32,000 nt of DNA. Source: an uncultured Alphaproteobacteria bacterium (GTDB lineage Bacteria > Pseudomonadota > Alphaproteobacteria > Rs-D84). Position 1 is the stretch's first letter. Every line of letters begins with the position of its first letter. The stretch lies in contig OZ007020.1 of assembly GCA_963931495.1 (NCBI GenBank), forward strand, positions 270,001 through 302,000. The letters run 5' to 3'. The notes under the pieces are model-generated. The model was not told the DNA's origin, searched no databases, and was given only the letters and a program-made list of their open reading frames with translations. Below are positions 25,405 through 32,000 of this stretch, piece by piece. The position numbers and the translations under genes were made by a program.

Positions 25405-27660
25405 ATGGGAAAGCAATCTAATTTTTTACCGCAACGTGTATCTGAGGCAATAAAAAGCATTACAAAGCGTATCGTTGGGTGTGTGTTGTTGGTGCTGGGG
25501 ATATGGGCGTTGTGTGCACTGGTGGTGTATAACCCGTATCTTGATGGGTTTGCAACAGCCGCGTCGTTCGGATCACAATCCATAATGGGTAATGTTATTG
25601 GATTTTTGGTGTATGCGGTTGGTTTTGTGCCGGCATTGTTTGCGGTGTTATGTCTGGTGCGCTGGGGGATTTCATGGGCGGCGGCATGGTTGGAAAATAT
25701 GGCGCCAGAATATAATTTCTTGCGTTTTGTGGTGGCGATGTTTGTTGGTGCGGCCGGATTGGGAATGATTATGCCGTCTGGTACATGGGGCGGGATGATT
25801 GGGTATATTGCATCGTCAGATATCGGCGCATTGATTGGTAATTTTGAAATTTTGGTCGGAATAATTTTGTTGTGCGCATTTTTATTCTTGGCCGGAACGT
25901 TGTTACACGTGCGCTGGTCACATATCGTGGCCGTGGGGCGTATGCTGTGGCGTTGGGTGCGTTGGTTAATGTCGGTTTTCCATCTGGCGCCACCTGTGCA
26001 GTATATAGATGATGATGTTCAAAATCAAAGTGACGAAGATGGTGAAGACGAAGAAGAACCGGATGAAGATAATGCATCTGATGGTCGCGTGCGTGCGCGA
26101 ATTGCAAAACGGCGTGTGAAACGCGCAAAATCTGGGGCGATAAAGAAAAAAGACGGGCAAATATATGAACTGCCGGATCCGGAATTTTTGGAACGGTCTA
26201 ATTTTGGTAAAAATGTTATAACCCCAGAATTAAAACGAAATGCCGCCGCGATGGAAGTGCATTTTGCAGAATATGGTGTCCAGGGAAAAGTTGTCGGAAT
26301 AAAGCCAGGGCCGATTGTTACATTGTATGAATTTATGCCAGAAAGTGGCGTTCGTATGGTGGATATTAAAAAGACTGTTACAGATATGACACGTGCAATG
26401 GCCACAGAAAATATTCGCATCGCGCATATTCCAAATACGCAACTGATTGGTGTTGAAATGGTGAATTTAACACGCCAGATGGTGCGTTTTCGGTCATTGG
26501 TTGATAATGATATTTTTGTTAATTCTAAATACAAAATACCATTGGCATTGGGTGTGGATATTGGTGGTAACCCAATGTATTTTGATTTGGCAAAAATGCC
26601 ACATATGCTGATTGCGGGACGTACCGGTTCTGGTAAATCTGTATTCGTTCAGTCAATTATTATGTCGGTTGTATACCATTTTACCCCAGATAAGTGTAAA
26701 TTGATGATTATTGATCCCAAGGGCGTTGATTTTGGATTTTGGGACGATATTCCGCATCTGATAACCCCCATTGTAAAACTAGACCCAGGGGCGGCGGTTA
26801 ATGCATTAAAGTGGGCCGTACGTGAAATGGAAGAACGGTACAAGCAATTACAATTGGTTAATGCACGCAATATAGAAAGTTATAACGAAATCGTTGCCAG
26901 CAAGCGCGAAAATGGTGAAAAAATTACCCAGCAGGTCGCGGTTGGTACGGATGAAGAAACGGGCGAACTGTTGTTTGAAACACAAGAACTGGATTTGTCT
27001 GATATGTCTTATATCGTCATTATCATAGACGAAGTTGCGGATTTGATGAGTCTGGCCCGGAAAGAAGTTGAGGCCTGTGTTCAACGCATTGCACAAAAGG
27101 CCCGTGCCGCAGGAATTCACTTGGTTATGGCGACACAACGTCCAGATACGTCGGTTATAACTGGGGTAATTAAGGCGAATTTCCCAACGCGTGTTTCTTT
27201 CCAGGCACGCAGCGCGATTGATTCAATGACAACACTGGGTGAAAAAGGTGCAGAACAATTGTTGTCGTGTGGTGATATGCTGTTCAGCGAAGCTGGACGT
27301 GTCCCGGTTCGTATACATGGTGCGTTCATTTCAGACGAAGAAATGACCCGTGTTGGTGATTTCTTGCGCAGCGAAGGTGAACCAGAATATGCCGAAGGTG
27401 TCACAGACGCAGAGGCAGGCGGGGCAAGCAGCGTTGGGGGTGGCGCAATACCGGGTATGCCGATGTCAAAAGCAGATAAAGATGCAGATTTGTATACCCA
27501 GGCAAAAGAATATGTTTTACGTGATAAAAAACCAACGATTTCATATATCCAGCGGCGTTTAAGAATCGGGTACAACAAGGCGGCTGGATTCATTGAACAG
27601 ATGGAGGCCGAAGGTATCATCAGTCCACCAGATGCAAATAATAAACGGCATATTTTGTAA
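25405..27660 (+). CDS. ftsK: DNA translocase FtsK
   Basis: It has an N-terminal 4-TM domain and an acidic/basic linker (DEDGEDEEEPDED). The motor domain carries Walker A GRTGSGKSV and Walker B IVIIIDEVADLM. The C-terminal gamma winged-helix domain is ISYIQRRLRIGYNKAAGFIEQMEAEGII. Confidence 0.95.
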   Translation: MGKQSNFLPQRVSEAIKSITKRIVGCVLLVLGIWALCALVVYNPYLDGFATAASFGSQSIMGNVIGFLVYAVGFVPALFAVLCLVRWGISWAAAWLENMAPEYNFLRFVVAMFVGAAGLGMIMPSGTWGGMIGYIASSDIGALIGNFEILVGIILLCAFLFLAGTLLHVRWSHIVAVGRMLWRWVRWLMSVFHLAPPVQYIDDDVQNQSDEDGEDEEEPDEDNASDGRVRARIAKRRVKRAKSGAIKKKDGQIYELPDPEFLERSNFGKNVITPELKRNAAAMEVHFAEYGVQGKVVGIKPGPIVTLYEFMPESGVRMVDIKKTVTDMTRAMATENIRIAHIPNTQLIGVEMVNLTRQMVRFRSLVDNDIFVNSKYKIPLALGVDIGGNPMYFDLAKMPHMLIAGRTGSGKSVFVQSIIMSVVYHFTPDKCKLMIIDPKGVDFGFWDDIPHLITPIVKLDPGAAVNALKWAVREMEERYKQLQLVNARNIESYNEIVASKRENGEKITQQVAVGTDEETGELLFETQELDLSDMSYIVIIIDEVADLMSLARKEVEACVQRIAQKARAAGIHLVMATQRPDTSVITGVIKANFPTRVSFQARSAIDSMTTLGEKGAEQLLSCGDMLFSEAGRVPVRIHGAFISDEEMTRVGDFLRSEGEPEYAEGVTDAEAGGASSVGGGAIPGMPMSKADKDADLYTQAKEYVLRDKKPTISYIQRRLRIGYNKAAGFIEQMEAEGIISPPDANNKRHIL

Positions 27661-27661
27661 T

Positions 27662-27690
27662 AAAATCCACGTAATGCGGATTTTATTTAT
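27662..27690 (+). terminator. Rho-independent terminator after ftsK
   Basis: AAAATCC..(loop)..GGATTTT is followed by ATTTAT, and the whole element starts directly after the ftsK stop (27658-27660). Confidence 0.6.
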
Positions 27691-27743
27691 GCTTGGTTAA
27701 TGGTGGATTTTGTGATATAATTTTCACCAAAAGGAGATATGTT

Positions 27744-28955
27744 ATGAAGAAATATCTGTCGTGGCCGATGTTGGCGATTGTTTTGTTTGGGGTTGCGCCT
27801 GCGGTGGGGGCGACAAATTCTGGGACGCGTGCTGCATCCAGTGTGGATTTAACCGGTATGCCGGCGGTGCGTGAACGGACCCAGGTTGACTATGAAAAAT
27901 ATGAAACACGTACAACGTCAAAAACATATGATTCGGCGGATGCGAAAAATTTATATTATGTAAAGCCGGCTGACCGCAGCCAGTTGTATAAGCAATATGC
28001 CGGAAATTCAGATGCAACAGTTCGTACGTCGCGCGCAGAAACATATCGCAGTGAATTGCGTCGTAAATATTATCTGGCACATCCATTCTTTCAGCCTTTG
28101 GGTGGGGATTTTGGTTCTGTGACGGATTTGTCATATACAATGAATTCGTATGATTTCAGTATAACTGGCAATACGTCGGATCCATCGGCAAAGTGGAATA
28201 TGGGCCAGTTTTCCATCAAGGAAGATTTCAGTTATGGTATTACGGACCGTATCGCCGTGATGGCAATGGCACGTTTTGATATATCTGATTATAAATTTGA
28301 TTGGTCATTGCCAGATGTCCCAGATGATACAATGAAAGACAATGGTTTTAATATGTTCGGACTGGGGGCACAATGGCGGTTTGTTGATACAACGAATTGG
28401 ATTGCAACACTGTCTGGATATTATCAATATCAACACGATATTTCAAATAATGCCATATTGGATATCAAGGGCGGGTATAAAGTTGGGTCTTCAACTATAT
28501 ATGGATTGGCGCGTGCATGGTATGTCGCGTTTGATGGCGATTCGTATGGTAACGGAATCGTTGGTACAACGGATGCAGGTTTGGAATCTACAATATTCTT
28601 GGCATACAAAACAAATGTTTCCGATGCATTTTATGCCGAAGGTGGATTGGGAATATTCAGTGTACTGGATGAAGATTGGACGTTGAATTTTGAAGGTATA
28701 TTTGGGTATTACGATTGGCATAACCAGGCCAGCTTAAAAGCCGCAATTGGGTGGCAACCAAATGACTGGTTCGCATTGAATCTGTACGGTAAAATGGCGG
28801 TTTATGATTCTGCAAACGGCAAAGATTTAGCACTGTATGCAACAGATACTGCCTTGGACAGCCCGCAGTTTGGTGATTTTGTCTATGTCGGGTCGGCGCA
28901 TTTGGATAATTATTCCGAAGCGGTTGTCGGATTACAGGCAATATTTTCGTTTTAA
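27744..28955 (+). CDS. Outer-membrane beta-barrel protein, unrecognised family, with hydrophilic N-terminal extension
   Basis: ATG 27744 lies behind RBS AAGGAG, with signal peptide MKKYLSWPMLAIVLFGVAPAVGA. The body has alternating amphipathic strands rich in Y, G, D and N. The C-terminus GLQAIFSF ends in Phe, the OMP C-terminal signature. It is paralogous to 29026-29757. Confidence 0.6.
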   Translation: MKKYLSWPMLAIVLFGVAPAVGATNSGTRAASSVDLTGMPAVRERTQVDYEKYETRTTSKTYDSADAKNLYYVKPADRSQLYKQYAGNSDATVRTSRAETYRSELRRKYYLAHPFFQPLGGDFGSVTDLSYTMNSYDFSITGNTSDPSAKWNMGQFSIKEDFSYGITDRIAVMAMARFDISDYKFDWSLPDVPDDTMKDNGFNMFGLGAQWRFVDTTNWIATLSGYYQYQHDISNNAILDIKGGYKVGSSTIYGLARAWYVAFDGDSYGNGIVGTTDAGLESTIFLAYKTNVSDAFYAEGGLGIFSVLDEDWTLNFEGIFGYYDWHNQASLKAAIGWQPNDWFALNLYGKMAVYDSANGKDLALYATDTALDSPQFGDFVYVGSAHLDNYSEAVVGLQAIFSF

Positions 28956-28971
28956 TATTTGGTAAAACAAC

Positions 28972-28991
28972 GGGCTGTGATGCCACAGCCC
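28972..28991. other. GC-rich 8-bp hairpin (GGGCTGTG-ATGC-CACAGCCC) between the two OMP genes
   Basis: I read this directly from the sequence. No T-tract follows it on the + strand (GAAATATTG). It may act as a weak terminator, attenuator or RNA-processing site. Confidence 0.4.
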
Positions 28992-29025
28992 GAAATATTG
29001 TATAAAATAACCAAGGTGAGAGAGA

Positions 29026-29757
29026 ATGCGTAGATTTTTATTTGCTTTGTTTGGCGTCGTCATAGGAATTTTACCATTGACCTGTGTTAATGATGCGCGC
29101 GCAGACGGATTGGATTTTGATACATCTGACCCGTTGTTTATGTTAGCCCAAGGGGATTTATTATCGGAAACAACATTGACATATTGGGATAATGTTTTAC
29201 GTGCCGGCGAGACGTTTTCATATGGCATTAACAGTCGTCTGACAATCGCACTGAATTTTAATTATCAGCAAGATTTTAATGGCCCGAATGATGGTTTTTC
29301 GGCGGTTGATTTAGGGGGCGTTTATCGTGTCAGTACCGCCAGTGGCAATAATGCAAATATTATTTCAGATGTTTTGTTTGGGTTGAAATTTGGCGGTTCG
29401 TCGCATGTGCGAACCCCGGATTTTGCAGATTCTACGTATTATGCAGGATATCGTTTTGGACGGCAATGGGCCGGTGTTACATTGGCGGCAACAATAAAGT
29501 CCAGTTGGATTTTTGATGATTCAATTGGTATGGCGTATATAGATTTTATGCCCGAAGCATATTTTCGTATCGCATCTGATTGGCGCTTGGGGGCGAATTT
29601 TATGTTGCGCAAAGCCACAGAATCATGGTTTAACCAAGAATGGGTTGGCGGAAAGATTTTGCGCCAATATGGACGTACACAGTATATAGGGCATTTAGAC
29701 TATGAATTTGAAAGCGATGAATTACAAGTTGGTTTGGATGTAAATATATTGTTCTGA
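29026..29757 (+). CDS. Outer-membrane beta-barrel protein, unrecognised family (short paralogue of 27744-28955)
   Basis: It has signal peptide MRRFLFALFGVVIGILPLTCVNDARA and the C-terminus VGLDVNILF. It shares blocks with the upstream OMP: PLFML..GDL.SETTLTY corresponds to PFFQPLGGDFGSVTDLSY, and FSYGINSRLTIAL corresponds to FSYGITDRIAVMA. Confidence 0.6.
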   Translation: MRRFLFALFGVVIGILPLTCVNDARADGLDFDTSDPLFMLAQGDLLSETTLTYWDNVLRAGETFSYGINSRLTIALNFNYQQDFNGPNDGFSAVDLGGVYRVSTASGNNANIISDVLFGLKFGGSSHVRTPDFADSTYYAGYRFGRQWAGVTLAATIKSSWIFDDSIGMAYIDFMPEAYFRIASDWRLGANFMLRKATESWFNQEWVGGKILRQYGRTQYIGHLDYEFESDELQVGLDVNILF

Positions 29758-29763
29758 TTTATG

Positions 29764-29792
29764 AAAAAATCCTGGTGACGCCAGGATTTTTT
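29764..29792. terminator. Bidirectional rho-independent terminator between the OMP gene (+) and rarA (-)
   Basis: The sequence is AAAAAATCCTGG-TGACG-CCAGGATTTTTT, a 12-bp stem flanked by A and T tracts. The rarA stop (29791-29793) lies in the T-tract. Confidence 0.85.
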
Positions 29793-31074
29793 ATTTCTTT
29801 TCGGATTGGATTTTTTGGCGCAGCGCGTCCCAATAATCCAAACGTTTTTTTATTTCGCGTTCAAATCCGCGTTCAATTGGGTGATAAAACTTTTGGCGCG
29901 GCATAGATTCTGGGAAACAATTTTGACCGCTGAATCCAGACGCGGTATCAGGTTCATAAATATATCCAGCACCATACCCCATATTTTTCATCATACGTGT
30001 CGGTGCATTCAAAATATTTTTCGGGGGCATCAAACTGCCTGTGTCGCGGGCAGTGCGATATGCCGCGGTTTGGGCGCGGTAATTAGCCGTACTTTTCGGC
30101 GCTGTCCCCAGGTATATAACCAATTCTGTTAATGCCAGATCCCCTTCGGGACTGCCCATGCGTTCATATATCTGCCATGCGGCCAGTGCAATTTGCATTG
30201 CGTTCGGGTCGGCCAGTCCGATATCTTCCATGGCGAAACGTGTCAAACGACGAAACAGATACATCGGGTCTTGGCCAGATGTCATCATGCGGGCCGTCCA
30301 ATACAGGGCCGCATCAGTATCACTGGCACGCAATGATTTATGAACAGCCGATATTAAATTGTAATGTTCATCCCCAGATTTATCAGACAGTGGCGCGCGT
30401 TTTTGTATCGCGTTATCCAGTTCTTCGGGTGACAGATTTTTTTTGAATTTTGCGTTGACCAGATATTCAACCGTATTCAATAAAAATCGGGCATCCCCGT
30501 CGGACATCTGGGCCAGGTGTATGCGCGCATTTTCATCCAATGGCAATTTTTTACCAAGAAATTTTTCAGCACGCGACATCAGAATCATTAAATCTTCGCT
30601 GGATAACGGTTGCAGAACACCAACGTGGCACCGCGACAATAATGCGTTGTTCAAATTAAAACTGGGGTTTTCAGTTGTTGCGCCCATGAATATAACAGTG
30701 CCATCTTCAAGATATGGCAGCAATGTATCCTGTTGCGTTTTATTAAAACGATGAATTTCGTCAATAAACAACAATGTGCCGCGCCCAATTTCACGATTCA
30801 TTTTGGCGGCATCCATTGCCTTTTTAATATCTGCGGTTCCGGAAAATACCGCCGACATCGGTACAAAATCCATATCAACAGATTTTGCCAACGCACGTGC
30901 AATTGTTGTTTTTCCGCACCCGGGTGGACCCCACAGTATCAAATTTGATAATTTATGGTTGTCAACCATTCTGCGGACCAGGCCGTTTTCACCCAACAGT
31001 TGGGATTGACCGACAATTTCATCAATTGTTGATGGCCGCATTAAGTCTGCTAATGGTCTGTTTTCAGATTGCAT
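29791..31074 (-). CDS. rarA: Replication-associated recombination protein A (RarA/MgsA AAA+ ATPase)
   Basis: It has PLADLMRP.T.DE.VGQ..L, Walker A GPPGCGKTT, Walker B LLFIDEIHRFNK.QQD.LLP..E.G and GATTENPSF..N.AL.SR. The C-terminal MgsA domain carries HYN.ISA..KS.R.SD.DAALYW.ARM and Y.Y. Confidence 0.9.
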   Translation of the reverse strand: MQSENRPLADLMRPSTIDEIVGQSQLLGENGLVRRMVDNHKLSNLILWGPPGCGKTTIARALAKSVDMDFVPMSAVFSGTADIKKAMDAAKMNREIGRGTLLFIDEIHRFNKTQQDTLLPYLEDGTVIFMGATTENPSFNLNNALLSRCHVGVLQPLSSEDLMILMSRAEKFLGKKLPLDENARIHLAQMSDGDARFLLNTVEYLVNAKFKKNLSPEELDNAIQKRAPLSDKSGDEHYNLISAVHKSLRASDTDAALYWTARMMTSGQDPMYLFRRLTRFAMEDIGLADPNAMQIALAAWQIYERMGSPEGDLALTELVIYLGTAPKSTANYRAQTAAYRTARDTGSLMPPKNILNAPTRMMKNMGYGAGYIYEPDTASGFSGQNCFPESMPRQKFYHPIERGFEREIKKRLDYWDALRQKIQSEKK

Positions 31075-31110
31075 TTGTTTTTTACTGTATTTTTATTTGT
31101 CTTTTATTTG

Positions 31111-31119
31111 TGATATAAT
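31111..31119 (+). promoter_or_regulatory. Extended -10 promoter element (TGaTATAAT) upstream of the Ros/MucR-like gene
   Basis: TG lies at 31111-31112 and TATAAT at 31114-31119. RBS AAGGG at 31139-31143 lies 7 nt before the TTG start at 31151. Confidence 0.5.
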
Positions 31120-31150
31120 AAATTCTAGTAAATAAACAAGGGTTTATCAA

Positions 31151-31534
31151 TTGGTAAGTACAAATAAAGATTCTGAATTTGCGTTGGCGGTGGCAAATCT
31201 GGCCGCGGCGGCAATGGCGGCAAATCCGGCATTGACGATGGATGATGCAGTGCGCGCAGCACGCGAAAGTTTGCGTGGTGCGTCCGTCACCCCCCAGCAA
31301 ATTGCTGCATCGGTTCAGCCTGATAAAATTCAGTGTCTGGAAGATGGTACATGGCATATCATGCTGCGGCGTTATGTTAAAAGAAAGTTTAATCTTGGCC
31401 CACAACAGTATCGGCAAAAATGGGGATTGCCAGACAATTATCCGTTTGTTGCACCAAATTATTCGGCGCATCGGTCGCGAATTGCAAAAAAACATGGTTT
31501 GGGTAAAAACAACCGCAGGGGGCGCAAAAAATGA
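31151..31534 (+). CDS. Ros/MucR family transcriptional regulator homologue (zinc ligands largely substituted)
   Basis: The C-terminal half IQCLEDGTWHIMLRRYVKRKFNLGPQQYRQKWGLPDNYPFVAPNYSAHRSRIAKKHGLG aligns ungapped with the Agrobacterium Ros sequence [59 protein letters not shown]. The TTG start is supported by the RBS. Confidence 0.8.
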   Translation: MVSTNKDSEFALAVANLAAAAMAANPALTMDDAVRAARESLRGASVTPQQIAASVQPDKIQCLEDGTWHIMLRRYVKRKFNLGPQQYRQKWGLPDNYPFVAPNYSAHRSRIAKKHGLGKNNRRGRKK

Positions 31535-32000
31535 CGGATAAATTCAGAAAAACTGTAAAGGTTCCAGAAAATGCCGCCGCACGTCTGCGGCGGGCCGCCG
31601 AAAAATTGCATCCACGTGAATTTGTACGTGATATGCGTATGTATGGTGAAGATGAAAAGTTGGAATTCAAAGATGCCGCCGCAATAATAGGACTGGGGTT
31701 GGCCAAGGGTATGGCGTGGATGGCCGCTGGGGGGGCACAATTGTTGTTAACCTTGGCGCGTTGGACAACAATGGATAATGCATTTCTGCGCAAAATGGAA
31801 AATCATTTTGCTGTGATGGATGTTGGAAAAAATAAGCGGGGGCAACCGAAAAAATTATCGTCGTTTGCAAAAAAATATCCTAATCTGTCGGCGCATATAT
31901 TGTGGATTTTTGGTCTGGGGCTGGTGTCGGGCGGAACATATGCCGGCGTAAAGTATGTGCCAGATAAAATTCAAACAGTCAAAGAAGCACGCGCAGAACA
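31531..32000 (+). CDS. Hypothetical membrane protein, 5' part only (open to the window end)
   Basis: ATG 31531 overlaps the upstream TGA (ATGA). I translated the frame by hand and found no stop through 31998: MTDKFRKTVKVPENAAARLRRAAEKLHPREF...IIGLGLAKGMAWMAAGGAQLLLTLA...ILWIFGLGLVSGGTYAGV. It has two hydrophobic segments. It is absent from the ORF track because it has no stop within the window. Confidence 0.5.
   Translation, partial: MTDKFRKTVKVPENAAARLRRAAEKLHPREFVRDMRMYGEDEKLEFKDAAAIIGLGLAKGMAWMAAGGAQLLLTLARWTTMDNAFLRKMENHFAVMDVGKNKRGQPKKLSSFAKKYPNLSAHILWIFGLGLVSGGTYAGVKYVPDKIQTVKEARAE

Noticed and set aside
31082-31793. Minus-strand ORFs 31082-31495, 31389-31793 and 31459-31740 opposite the Ros/MucR gene and the downstream ORF
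   Set aside because: They are antisense shadows of a gene with an ungapped alignment to Ros. They are Cys- and Arg-rich, have no start context, and would run into the rarA promoter region.

Overview
This is a compact, AT-rich, gene-dense chromosomal segment. It is most likely from an alphaproteobacterium, judging by a Ros/MucR-type regulator, DciA/DUF721, SecB, an LptF/G permease, separate SecD and SecF, and MutL carrying the DQHA..E....E endonuclease motif. I support 33 protein-coding genes, the last cut by the window end. Almost all are core housekeeping: ruvC, secB, mltA, dciA-like, recA, typA, serS, trxB, xerD, greA, mutL, yajC-secD-secF, ftsK and rarA. The one clearly accessory block is five glycosyltransferase-type genes (5268-9919) wedged between recA and typA. 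They form two convergent operons whose stop codons are 2 bp apart. I saw no tRNA, rRNA, CRISPR array, transposase, phage gene, restriction-modification, toxin-antitoxin or other recognisable defence module, and I cannot honestly point to a clear novel multi-gene system. The observations that ordinary annotation does not explain are: (1) three head-to-tail copies of a 104-bp unit (14990-15301), each with a long imperfect hairpin, filling the trxB / J-domain-gene spacer; (2) a stand-alone 201-aa orphan gene (11900-12505) with a near-consensus promoter and a perfect bidirectional terminator; (3) two adjacent paralogous outer-membrane beta-barrel genes of a family I do not recognise, one with a roughly 95-aa hydrophilic N-terminal extension; (4) an S41 peptidase homologue that appears to lack both catalytic dyad residues; (5) a Ros/MucR homologue missing three of four zinc ligands and translationally coupled (ATGA) to a membrane ORF; (6) tandem GT2 paralogues sharing a 123-nt patch of about 89% nucleotide identity. 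All family assignments come from reading the translated ORFs against motifs I remember, not from database searches.
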